From positions 33,976,001 to 34,040,000 of the forward strand of contig OX597823.1 in the NCBI GenBank assembly GCA_951406725.2: a stretch of DNA of 64,000 bases. Reading direction: 5' to 3'. Both the position numbers and the translations under genes were made by a program. Under the pieces are notes generated by a model. The model ran no database searches. It saw nothing but the letters and a program-made list of their open reading frames with translations, and was not told the origin of the DNA. The stretch comes from Octopus vulgaris (Eukaryota). Within the stretch, counting starts at the first letter, position 1, and every line of letters starts with the position of its first letter. This document shows, piece by piece, positions 38,291 to 50,829 of this stretch.

Positions 38291-40235
38291 AACTCCTGCA
38301 TTTGGAGACAGACTGCAGCTGCACCCCCAGCACACAATCATTGACCCTAAATGCATTCAAAAATTAGGAATACAATTTCATAAGCTACCCTTGGGGGCCT
38401 CTATCAATCTTGAGTGATCATTCATCTGCACACATATCTACTGGCTGGAATAGCATTTCTTTTTGTGGCAGACTGACTATTACTCATGTACGCAAGTCTA
38501 TTCAATCCACATCGCTGATGTTTATCCAATACGAATGGCTATTGACATAAGCTGTATACAAGGAGTTAATTCTATAAATATTGATAGATTTGAAGTTTTG
38601 CCAAACGATTATGGTGAAATTATGATTAAATACAATTCTGCAATGCAATCTAAGGAAGTTCAGAATTACAGATGGATTTAGGAGTCGTCATTTTAATAAT
38701 CACTTTGTCAGTGAAGTATATTCTTGCCATATTACTGTTCCAACTTCAGTGCTACTTCATGCTGTGAATAAAACCATTTTGTTTATTTACATCATTAAAG
38801 GAAAGATAAACTAGAGAATGAATTATTATTTTGTGTATGTGTGTATGTGTGTATGTGTGTGCATGTGTTTGTGCATGTGTACGTGTGTGTGTGTGTGTAC
38901 GTGTGTGTGTGTATCCTGCTGCTTTTACTCTGGTCCCTCAACTTGTGCAGGAGTTATTGTATTAGAGCCATGACTACAATATGTCTTAGGCATTTGAGAC
39001 TTGATGGAGCCTTTCCCTTTCCAGCTCTGAATGTAGCCAATCTCTTCAAGACTGAAAAGCTATCAAACCCCAGTGTGACACAGTTTACTGCAACTGATAA
39101 TATCAATACTGCTTTTATCCATTCATGTGAAAATGGTGAACCATTCACAAACCTAACCATTATATTCTCCACTCTGCTTAATAACCAGCATTTGATGCTC
39201 AGAAGAGGAAATTTTGGTAAATAAGCCAAACCTGCTGGTTTCATTTTCGTTTTCATGCCTCACCTCACCTCTGGCCATCAATGTTTTTTGTAGGGATGGA
39301 AAGAGTATGATCGCAAGTAAAAGTCACTGAAACAGGATTCCTATGATGGATCTCTGGAATAACATTATTTGAGATTGTGTACAGTTTGGATATCAAAGAC
39401 TCTCTCCCAGTCAAGTTGTTGCCTCTCCACTTTGAGAGGTCACAACTCTGGTGCTATGAATGTTGCAGGAAAAAATCAAAAGATGGATTCTTCAAACCAA
39501 GTCAGCCAGTTGGAGACTTAGGGGTAAACCAAAAAATGGAAGGTGTAATGATGGATGCTTCTGATAGGAACCCCACAACCCACCCAGGAATAGGGAGCAG
39601 AGGAAATGGGTGGACAGTTGGTTTATTCTTAAATACTAGGCTGTTTGGGGCAGTTTTGAAATCCCGTTTATTAGGGACAAAATGTATTTCTGCAGTATCA
39701 TATTACTGAGGATGATGTTCCAGCACATCATCTATTTTGGTCGCTTTATGAAAACAAACCTTTGAAAATGCTTCTGTCTGTTGCTTCAAAATACCCTCAG
39801 TATCATTGATCCAAGTACTGGACCCCATTTTCAGAATTAAGAGGAACAAAAATGATCAGCAAGGACCAAATATCTGTTTTAAAAAGTTGGACATTGATTT
39901 AGAATCCCTTTTTCTTATGAAAATCCAATTCTATATCTGTGAATATACTTGCCCATCACTTGTGGTGACGACGATGACGACAACAATAACAACAGCAACG
40001 ACAACAATGCCATTTCAGTTTGGCTAACTTGAATGTGTCTCAAATCGTCTGAGTTGGAAAAGTTTTGTGGTGGAGTGCATGCATACTTGGACGAAATAAT
40101 TGAGCTTCACTTGGACTGACACAGGACTGTTGGGTGGATAATGGAGATGAAAGTAGTTGTGGGTACCCACCCTAACAACCCTTGATACACAAAGCAATGA
40201 TCAGCACAGTCATGATGACTGTGATGATGCTATGT

Positions 40236-40273
<38 letters not shown>

Positions 40274-40658
40274 ATACATAACTTGTGTGAAGCAGTCCTG
40301 TTGATGGTGGTGGAGGTGAGGGTTGGTTTTGATGATGGGAATGGTGATGTTGATGATGATGATGATGTTAACCTTTACAGATGACATTCTTTAGATTGTT
40401 GTTGTTGGTGGTGGTGGTGGTGGTGGTGGTGGTGGTAGCATTGGTATTAGTTGGGATGGTGGCAATGATCTTTACTATAACCATCACTATCACCATCACC
40501 ACTACCAAAACTAGTCCCACTGCCATTATTACCATTGCTATCAACATTTTACCACCACTACCACCACTGTAACATAAACCAGTCATTTATCCTTTGTACA
40601 ATTCTGGATCAGAGTTTGAGAGTGTGTGTGTGTATGCATGTGTGTTGCAAGTATGTAC

Positions 40659-40717
<59 letters not shown>

Positions 40718-41142
40718 CATGTGTCAATCACTGTCCCTTCTAAACTTTCTGCATATATGTTCACACAGCTCTTGCAACATGCATACAAACCAAATTAACA
40801 TACACAGAAAAGAAATTAATGGTCACAAAAGGTTAATTATCTAAAATAATGTAGTAATTAATAATTATACTCATTAGCTATTCAGTGCACACACACATAT
40901 CATTGTCAGAAGGGAAGGAAAAAAATTTACTCAACAAAAGTCTTTTCTCCACATTTGACTAGAGAGAACGTTGATGTGTGCGTGTGGGGGTGGAGGTGGG
41001 GGTGTTTGCTTGTGTGTTTGAGTATGAGTGCTTGTGTGTTTGTGTATGTGTGAGTTTGTGTGTGTTTGTGTGAGTATGTGTGTGTGCTTGTGTGAGTGTG
41101 TGTGTGTTTGTGTGAGTGCGTCTGTGTGTGTTTGTGTATGTA

Positions 41143-41177
<35 letters not shown>

Positions 41178-41715
41178 TGATGTGTTCCTGCTTGCTGCAC
41201 AACTACTACTGTGGAAGCATTTATTGTGATCACATTGGGACAAAGCCGTTTTGATTACAATAACCAGCTTTGCCCAAGGTGCCACACAGTGGGACTGAAC
41301 CCAGAACCATGTCGTTGAGAAGCAAGCTTCTTACCACACAGCCATACCTGCACCTGTATTCTTCGTTATTTTCAAAATTAAGTGGAATAAAAGCAGGATA
41401 GTTCAACAGGAACATTGTCATGAAAGCAAATAAAGGTCTTTAGATTCACATTAGGCAGTGACTTCTATAATAAGTATAGAGGCTATCACCACCACCACCA
41501 CCACCACCACCACCATCATCACCACCATATCTTCCACCACTACCACCACCATGTGCTCTTGCTATCTCTGTCCAGCTTCCCTTCATGTTCCTCCATCACC
41601 CCCAACCCACAAGGTCCACCCTGACACCTCACCATCACAAACTTTAATCTCCCTTTCAAGCTCCCCACTGAATACTCTCATCTATCTATTTATCAATCCA
41701 TTGATATCTCTCTCT

Positions 41716-41868
41716 CAGGCGTGGCTCTGTGGTAAGAAGCTTGCTTCCCAACCACATGATTCTGGGTTCTGTCCCACTGCGTGGCACCTTGGGCAAGTGT
41801 CTTCTACTATAGCCTTGGGCTGACCAAAGCCTTGTAAGTAGATTTGGTAGACGGAAACTGAAAGAAGC

Positions 41869-41927
<59 letters not shown>

Positions 41928-42150
41928 GTATATTTATGTGTGTGTCTTTGTGTCTTCTGTCTGTGTTTGTCTCCCAGTATCGCTTGACAACTGATGCTGG
42001 TGTTGTTATGTGTCCATAACTTAGCGGTTCGACAAAAGTGACTGATAGAATAAGTACTAGGCTTACAAAGAATAAGTCTTGGGGTCGATTTCTTTGACTA
42101 ACAGTGGTGCTGCAGCATGGCCACAGTAAAATGACTGAAATGTGTAAAAG
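41716..42150 (+). mobile_element. SINE family A, near full-length
   Basis: Same head, CORE-like segment and tail. An inverted head copy lies at about 41268-41354; further copies at about 54046-54440 and 56570-56720. Confidence 0.88.
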
Positions 42151-42814
42151 AGTATATATATAGAGAGAGAATGAGATGATATTTATATATAGTTATATAT
42201 ATATAGATAGATAGATACCATTTTATGAATATGATGATGATGGTGATGATGACGCCAATAATGATGATGATAATGATGTTGATGATCTTATATGAGCACT
42301 ATGCGGCAAATCTCACTATATTCCAGCCTTTCTACCAATTTGTTTATTGTTCTGTCTGTCAATGTATCTTCCACAATATCATCTCTCACGATTCAGTCAA
42401 CTTGCAACTTCTGAAAGTGTTATTGGTTGTTGTCTGTCACCCGGTTCTCTTCTGTTACATCACATTCAATGGCATTTAACATTATGTTTACAATTATGTG
42501 GCTATATACATCTTGTACTTACATCAAGCATTTATGTGTACTTTACAAGTACCTACTGACATGCATGTAGGTAGATACTCACTGCTCATACATGTGTGTG
42601 TGTGTGTCTGTGTGTGTCTGTGTGTGTGTGTGATCATTTAACGCCCACTTTTTCGTGCCAGACAAGATTTTGTTGAGACAGATTTTTCTATGGATGTAAT
42701 ATTTCCCACAGCTAGACATGTTTGTGCAGAATAATGCAAATGAATGACAGTGACATGCATTTACACCTATCATGTCATGTCGAGACAAGGATACACACAA
42801 ACACACACACATAT

Positions 42815-42845
<31 letters not shown>

Positions 42846-42955
42846 TATACACACACACATATACACACACACAAACACGCGCATCAAGAAAAATACAAGG
42901 ATGAGTTTGTACAAAGATGTTATTAGTTTGACTCTTGAACAGAGAAGAGAAAGAG

Positions 42956-42992
42956 TTTTGGACGTTTCAGACATTAGTCCTTCATCGCAAAA
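42956..42992 (-). ncRNA. Minimal hammerhead-like motif with one core base missing
   Basis: Minus strand TTTTG CGATGA A GGAC-TAAT-GTCT GAAA CG TC CAAAA: 5-bp helix I, 4-bp helix II, GUC triplet; U4 absent. Confidence 0.6.
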
Positions 42993-43769
42993 ATGAAAAA
43001 GGGAAAAGGTGGTGAAAAGGAAAGAAGAAAAATGTTTAGGGTACAAATGGGTATGCAGTTCTATGGGGGGTAGTGAGGTAGGGTGTTGTGTGCATGTATA
43101 AGAGTGTATTTGTGTAAGGAGATGGACATAGTAGGAGGTGTGTGGTGTGGGGTGCAGGTGGTTAGTTAGGTGTGAGTGGAATAAAGTGGGGTGTGAATGT
43201 GTTGTGGATGAGAAGGAGGTATAGAAAGAGAAAGAACTGGGAGAGGAAGCATTTAAGAAAACTGTGCACTTGGTAAAACAAAAATTAGTGGATTAAAGGG
43301 ATCTCTCAGCTCTTTTGCTTTTCTCTCACATCAGTCACTTGAGAAAGTGCACCAAGGAAGAGGTGGGCATTTCACCATGTCATCATCAGTAGAGGAAATG
43401 TTGCCTTGTACACAGTAAGTGTAGGGAGTACTCAGTTTGCTAAGACGTGTTAGGTTACTCAAAGTAGTATGACCAAGGAGAGGAACAGGTGAAAGACAGC
43501 GGTGATAGAAGAAAAACTAGAATGGTGGATAAAAGGATTAATTGCGAGACAGTAGAAACAGATTGATTGAGCTTAAGACGGGTGGAGAGAGTGACAGATA
43601 AAAGCAGAGGAAGTCAAAGGCAAAGGTAGTTGATGAGTGACAAAAGAAGTGACCCAAGGGAGAAAGAAAGTGCAATGGTCAAGAGCATGAGAAAGAGGGA
43701 AATTAGTGTGTCTTGGTTACGGAGGAGTCAATGCAGTCTCTTATACAGGGCAAAAGAGGTAGAATAGTA

Positions 43770-43910
43770 TATTATTTACATTTGACAAATATTTGTCCTC
43801 ATCTTGTTTGTTGTTAACACAACAATTCAGCTGATACACCCTCCAGCCTTCATCAGGTATCTTGGGAAATTTCGAACCTGGGTTCTTATTCCTAACGTAT
43901 TTTTCGATGT
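43770..43910 (-). mobile_element. Short hammerhead-bearing repeat (family shared with 48700-48890 and 58040-58180)
   Basis: Minus strand GGTTCGAAATTTCC CAA GATAC CTGATGA A GGCTG...CAGCT GAAT TG TT GTGTT, then AACAACAAACAAGATGAGGAC tail; the GAAA box is mutated. Confidence 0.75.
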
Positions 43911-44229
43911 TGTTGTTATTATTATTATTATTACTTTTTTTTTTTTTTTCTTCTTTCAAATTTTCTTCCATTTCTTGCCGAGTGTCTTCCCGACTCCTAG
44001 GGCAAAGAAACTCATAGTGTATATTGGTAGGCCATTAAACCAAACTCAGAAGTTCGTTCATTTTTTTTTTTTTTTTTTTTTTTTAAAGTTAGATTAAAAT
44101 ACATGAGCAGCAACAGTTCTCACATCGACAATGCTCTTCTCAATACGTGTGATGTACCAGTTAAGACAATCTTTTGCACTTCTTGCAGGGATGGTTATTA
44201 TCGTTATTATTATTATTATTATTATTATT

Positions 44230-44273
<44 letters not shown>

Positions 44274-45215
44274 CACAGTCATACACAGATACAATCGTCC
44301 AACCCATGGACGATTTGACAGGTCTGGCGAACCAGATCCATCAGATGTAAATAATGTACATAATTCCTCATCTCTTAAATATAGAACTATATTAGGTAGA
44401 ATAGTGTGGGTGATAGTGAGCAGAAAAAGTCTGAATGCAGGACAGACACAGCACTTCTGAAAATTTTCAAATATTTTTCTTTACTGTTTGAAATGAGTTG
44501 GCAATTTGCAAGGAATTTAGATGTTTTTATTTTTCTTTACACTTATTATAAGGAATGGTTAATTTTCTATACAATGCTGTCGTTAGTAGTTAACTACATA
44601 ATGCAAAATGAATGCCAAAATCTAAAATAAATTTAGCACCCAAGTAAGCCGTGACAGGATTTGAACTCTGAATGTTAAAGGCTGGAACAAATACAGCTTG
44701 TTATTTGATCTGACATTCTTACAGTCACACCAATACAACACTTTCAACTGGCATCTTTTTCATCAATCCTGAAGACATGAAAAATAAGTTTGACCCCAGC
44801 AGGATTTGAATTCAACTACCATATGATCGTGGTTGATGTCAGCTCCTCTGGCCCCTTGTGCCGGTGGCATGTAAAAAGCACCCACTACACTCTCAGAGTG
44901 GTTGCCGTTAGGAAGGGCATCCAGCTGTAGAAACATTGCCCGATCAGATTGGGGCCTGGTGCAGCTTCCTGGCTTCCCAGACCTCAGTTGAACTGTCCAA
45001 CCCATGCCAGCATGGAAATGGACGTTAAACGATGATGATGATGATGATGATGATGATGCTGATGGTGAGGATTCTGTCCAGCACTAATAATACTAACATT
45101 TGACCTTTTATATGTGTATGTGTATATATGTGCATATGTGTGTATCTGTGCATACATACATACATACATACATATGTATACACACACAATATCTTATTGA
45201 CAAGTTTAGATGTTA

Positions 45216-45259
<44 letters not shown>

Positions 45260-45529
45260 TTCTCCTCTCTCTATGGCCTTAATTCTAAAGAAAAATTACT
45301 TGAAACACAAAGAGATTCTTCCTTCTCTTTCTGACAGTTTGACGAGTGTAAAAAAAAAAAGTTTGTGAAACGATTTTTAATAAAGATAAAACTCCATGAG
45401 AACCCAGCTGTGAGAGAATAGATTTGTTAAGACACACGCACACATACACACACACACACACACCATCACAGCATTTTGATGGCAATCATTGCAGAACACA
45501 CACACATACACACGAACACACACACACAT

Positions 45530-45583
<54 letters not shown>

Positions 45584-46427
45584 CTACACCCAGCTGTAGG
45601 CGTTAGTAGAAACTTTAATAAACGTGAAATTGTTCACTTTATTGTATCTGTTACTTTATATCACTAGCATACAAAACATAAACAAGAATATAATAGCTTT
45701 TGCAAGAGAAATAATGAAGATGATGATGGTGATGGATATTTTGTTGAGAATTTATAGCAATATTAAATTGAAGTAAAAGTGGTGACATATATTGGTATGA
45801 CTGGAATTGCAATACCTGAGTATGGCATTCATCAAAAGATAATAACTTTAAATGCAGCAGAAGATGATATTGGCCCTTCTCAATCAACAGAGCCTAAAAC
45901 ACAAACACACAAACCCATGTAAACAAAGGTTGTATGTGCAATCATAGCTTTTTACTGAGAGTAGAAAGAAATTATGTAACACTGCATATAACACAGTAAT
46001 TATGAGATTCAACATCATTTCATATACATACACACGTACACACACACACACACATACATATGTGTGTGTATGTGTGTACGTGTGTGTGTGTACGTGTGTG
46101 TGTGTACGTGTGTGTGTGTACGTGTGTGTGTGTGTCTACGTGTGTGTGTGTACGTGTGTGTGTATATACATATAAATATATATATATATATACATATACA
46201 CACATATATATATAAATAATACATAAATATATGCATGTATATATACATGTACATACCTACATGTATATGTATATATACATGCATATATGGGTACAGGACA
46301 TCAGAAAAACGTAGACACAATGAGAAAATGAAAACAAAACAAACAGAGAAACAAGACATGCAACATAAAGAACATTCCGCTTCATCAGTTGTCCCTGTTT
46401 CATCTACTCTATGTTTTGAAGGTAAGG

Positions 46428-46505
46428 ACAATGTGCGACTTCGTTGAAACAGTCCTTACCGCAAATGTTAATCATAAGGACTGTTTCAACAAAGTCGCAC
46501 ATTGT
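46428..46505. repeat. Inverted repeat, 31-bp arms
   Basis: acaatgtgcgacttcgttgaaacagtcctta / taaggactgtttcaacaaagtcgcacattgt, one mismatch. Confidence 0.85.
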
Positions 46506-47493
46506 ATATATCAGCACCATCCAAATGAGGCCAATGCAAGTGCCCCCTGACTGGTTCCCATGCTGGTGGCACATAAAAAGCACTATCCAAATGTGATCAA
46601 TGCCAGGCCCAACTGACTGGCTCCTGTGTCAGTGGCATATAAAAAGCACCCACTCCACTCTCGGGGTAGCTGGCATTAGGAAGGGCATCCAGCTGTAGAA
46701 ACTTTACCAGATCAGATTGGAGTCTGGGGCAGCCAGTGGCTTTCCAGACCTCAATCAAAACCAACCAGCCCATGGAAAGTGGACGTTAAACGATGATGAT
46801 GATGATGATGATGCATGCATACATGAATGACAGACTTCTTCAGTTTCCCTCTCATCCATTCACATGATTCTGGTTGGCCTGGGGTTGCCCAAAGTGCCAC
46901 ACAGTGCAACTGAACTGAAACCATGTAGTTGGTGGGTCTTTTGCACATCTACCCACTAAATTCCATTCATAAGGGATTGGTCAGTATTAGGTTACAACAT
47001 TAAACACTTGCCCAAAGTGTCACAGTACGGAATCAAGTTAATGCAGCAAAATGTTCCCCTGAGGATCCATTCTTGTTAGGCTTCCATTTGCACTTGGAAC
47101 ATCGAATGCAGGGTTCCAAGCAACCTGAATGACGAAACATACACAGAAACTAATATTAACTTGTGGTTATCGTAATCTCTCCTACGTTTGTTCCCTCTCT
47201 CATAGCTAGAAATACTACTCAGGGTAGTAGTAACTAAACCACTATCTGGAAAGCAAACAGGATTATGATAATCTATGTGGAGTTGTAAGTTTAGCACTTG
47301 TAGTTATACATCTATTTGTACAGACAAGAGATTATGATAGACATCAGTTTATGTTGTTAGTTCCCTGTGTCCATCTCACTGGTTGTTTTGAATGACAGCA
47401 TTGGATGTTCTAAGTACAGTTGGATGCTTAACTACAACAGCAGAGGAATGCTGTTCTGTATCGACGTAACAGAGATCAAATATTATATATGTA

Positions 47494-48230
47494 TTGGGTC
47501 ATCCCATAAATAATGCAGTTTTTTCAATTGCCTGAACTAAAAGTTGAAGGGGAAAAGTATAAACTATCTGTATCAATTTACTATAAAAGCAGGTACTAAT
47601 CTTACCTTGTACTTATTCTCAGTGCAAGTTTGGAAGAGTGCAGGTTCGATTTTAACTGTTATTTTTTTCAAAGCTATAATGGAATTGACAAAGGAGCATA
47701 TTCGACATATTTTGCTTTATGAGTTCAATAAAAGCAACAATGCAACAGAAAGTGCAAAAAATATTAATGCAGTATATGGGGATCGGACAATAAGGGTAAA
47801 TCAGTATCAGCGGTGGTTCCAGAAATTCCCAGCTGGAAACTAGAGCTTAGAAGACAAGCATCGTTCTGGAAGATCTGTAGAGCTTGACGAGGATGTCCTG
47901 CAAATCCTGATGGAACAAAATCCCATCAAAACTATTGAGGAACTAGCAGAGAAGCTTGGATTTGGTCATTCAACCATTCATCGACACCTGTGTGCCATCA
48001 GAAAAGTCAGCAAATTGGGTCAATGGGTTCCTCACAAACTTTCCAACTCTAATTGTGCACAGAGAGTGGATGTGTGCTCTTCTTTGCTGTCCTGTCTCAT
48101 GAATGGACCTTTTTTGGACCGAATAGTGACTGGTGATGAGAAATGGATCCTCTATAAAAATGTTAAGTGCTGAAGACAGTGGGTAGGGAAAGGATAAATA
48201 CTGGCACCCCAGGCTAAAGAAGAACTTCCA
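47494..48230 (+). mobile_element. mariner (DD34D-type) transposon, 3'-truncated pseudogene
   Basis: TA then TTGGGTCATCCCATAAATAA left end; from ATG 47679 MELTKEHIRHILLYEF...RWFQKF..LEDKHRSGR...WVPHKL...DRIVTGDEKWILY, with in-frame stops. Confidence 0.93.
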
Positions 48231-48699
48231 GTCCTCCATGTCAACTAACTTTTTCTTCAACTTCAAAATCTTTATGCTCTCCAACACTGTTGACTCTTCA
48301 CAAATACATGAAGCTCTTCCTGAAAATAGGAGATGTAAAAAGCTCATCAAATTTAGCTTGAACACCATGCACATTCACGCATGCACACACACACACAGAA
48401 GTGTGTGTGTGTATTTAACACTTCTTGGGCAGCAGTAACTGCTGTCAGTGCAAAGACATGTCCCACATTAATGAAAGACTGGACAGTTACGTCTGGAACC
48501 TTTTTAATGATGGGGCTCTGCTGAAAGAGAGCTGACCTGTTATGAAACAACAGCCACAACCCTCTCATATGTTGTGATTAGGAATAAACAGGGTCCATGT
48601 TTATATTACTCATCTCAGGAATACCAAGTGGTACAGAGCCAAGATAAGACATCAATGAAGGAGGTTTATAAGCCTTAAAAATTCACTCTGACACTGCCT

Positions 48700-48890
48700 A
48701 CAAACATAGTACAGTGGATAAAGGCACTGGTTAATGTAGTGCAGTCACCTAGAGGTTCTTAGTTCAATTCCAGACACTGAAGAAGGTTGGAGAATACACA
48801 ACCAAAAATTGTCAAAAACAACAACCAAGATGAGGACACTTCTCTTACTAATACATTACGTAAAAATTCCTCATCTCAGAAATACAGAAT
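48700..48890 (+). mobile_element. Candidate tRNA-headed, hammerhead-containing SINE-like element (decayed)
   Basis: A-box-like TAGTACAGTGG (48707-48717), B-box-like GTTCAATTC (48762-48770), then GACA CTGAAGA A GGTTG...CAACC AAAAAT TGTC, and a tail with AGATGAGGA/TCCTCATCT hairpin. Confidence 0.55.
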
Positions 48891-49717
48891 TCTTCATCTT
48901 TGTTTTCCATATTGAGATTAGGTGTAGAACCCCGACGCTGAAGACAAGAAACAAATTCTAATTTAAAGAATTGGGGTAGGGAAAATTATCAACTTTTGGT
49001 GGTCTCATTTGTAACAGCTGGTTTTCGTGTTGGGTCCACAAAATTGTAACAATGGTTGTTTCTGTAGGACCCTATAGATGAGGTGTTTGAGGTCTCTATC
49101 TCCATGACTCTTCCTGAAACAGGGGACAGAGAAAATGGATGGGGGTGAAATACCTATGGACACACCTTGCATGAAACCCAAGTAGTAGGGCCAGTGCAAA
49201 TATGTTTAATGAAGTGACATTTTAATTAATTAAAATTAATTCTTTTTAATTAACACATAATAAATAATTAAAAATACACTAGTGTTGAAGGAAAAAATAA
49301 GTTCAATGTGTGAAGATCATCAGAAAAAAATACATTTCTTGATTGACTAAAAAGTAAAGGTGTGTGACAGGAAGGGCCTTCCATCTTGGAATGGTGCCTT
49401 AATAAAGCCCAAAGCAAAAGAAAGAATCAATCCAACAATGAATTGGTGCTTATTTTATTGATTCTGGAAGGATGAAGTACAAGGTTGATGTTGGTTAAAT
49501 TTGAACTCATATTATAATGAAGTGGTTCAAACATGACAAGGCATTCTATTCAATACGTTATCGACTCTGCTAACTCACTGTCTTGATTATGTTTGTGTGT
49601 CTGTGTTTAAGGGTATGTATGAATCTGTGTGTGTGAGTTTCTGTGAGTGTGAATGTACATGTGTGTGTGTATGTCTCTCTATGCATGTATGCATTTGTGT
49701 ATGTTCCTTTATGTGTA

Positions 49718-49770
<53 letters not shown>

Positions 49771-49777
49771 ATATATA

Positions 49778-49835
<58 letters not shown>

Positions 49836-49921
49836 TATAATATATATATGATATATATATATATAATATATATACATATATATAATATATATACATATAT
49901 ATAATATATATATGATATATA

Positions 49922-49971
<50 letters not shown>

Positions 49972-50268
49972 CCTGTTATCTATGTATATATCTGCAAATT
50001 TGTTGATGTGTTTTAGTTAGTTTATGGATGTTTGACTATGTAGCTTGTCATGAAAATAGTTTGTGTGTGTGTATTTGCTCATATCTGCAGGTGCACACCA
50101 CACACACACACACACACGCACACTCACACAAACACACACACACAACCACAAAGAGACACACACATGCAGTGGGTAATGCTGTCATGATAACTACCAAACA
50201 ATTTTATGTATGAAATGTCATTAAAGGTCAGCATCATGATTGTACTTAGACTAATACCTCTATGATTA

Positions 50269-50315
<47 letters not shown>

Positions 50316-50702
50316 GTTGTTATTAATATTATTGTTTCTATCATTATTGTTGTTGCTGTTGTTATTATTTTTCAGCTTCCTTTAGTGTGACAGTGATGAT
50401 TTTAGAACTTCCGTTTGTGTCACGGTGGTCAAAGCTCGAATCAGCCATGCACTGATTGTAAACATGATTTACATAATAATCATTCCTATGGAGACAGACA
50501 TCTCAATTACTTAATTCATTAGTCATAAACCACTTTTCTAGTTTTAATTCATTTTCATCAATTTAGTGACCTTGCTGCTGATAGTGACATATCGAAAACA
50601 CCCAGTTCACACTCTGTAAAGTGGTTGGTATTAGGAAGGGCATCCAGCCCCATAGAAACCAAGCCAAAGCAGACACTGGAGCTTGGTGCAGTCTTCTGAC
50701 TT

Positions 50703-50829
50703 GCCAGCAACCGTCAAACTGTCCAACTCCTGCCAGCATCTCTCAAACTGTCCAACTCCCGCCAGCAACCGTCAAACTGGCCAACACCTGCCAGCAACTC
50801 TCAAACTGTCCAACTCCTGCCAGCAACCA
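50703..50829 (+). repeat. Tandem minisatellite, about 29-bp unit x4, inside an RTE 3'-tail copy
   Basis: Repeated gccagcaac(c/t)(g/c)tcaaactgtccaactcct. Confidence 0.88.

Noticed and set aside
38841-39709. Non-repetitive ORFs of 100-127 aa on both strands
   Set aside because: No recognisable domain or convincing splice sites; probably an old decayed element. BLASTx would be needed to reconsider.
46375-46425. CTGATGA on the minus strand as another hammerhead
   Set aside because: No correctly placed GAAA/UH with closing helices could be assembled.
50376-50460. Acceptor-like tttttcag followed by unique sequence as an extra PDE8 exon (similarly near 5812, 8155, 23416 and 23683)
   Set aside because: Stops in the required phase or no PDE8 similarity; exons A-D already give a gap-free match.
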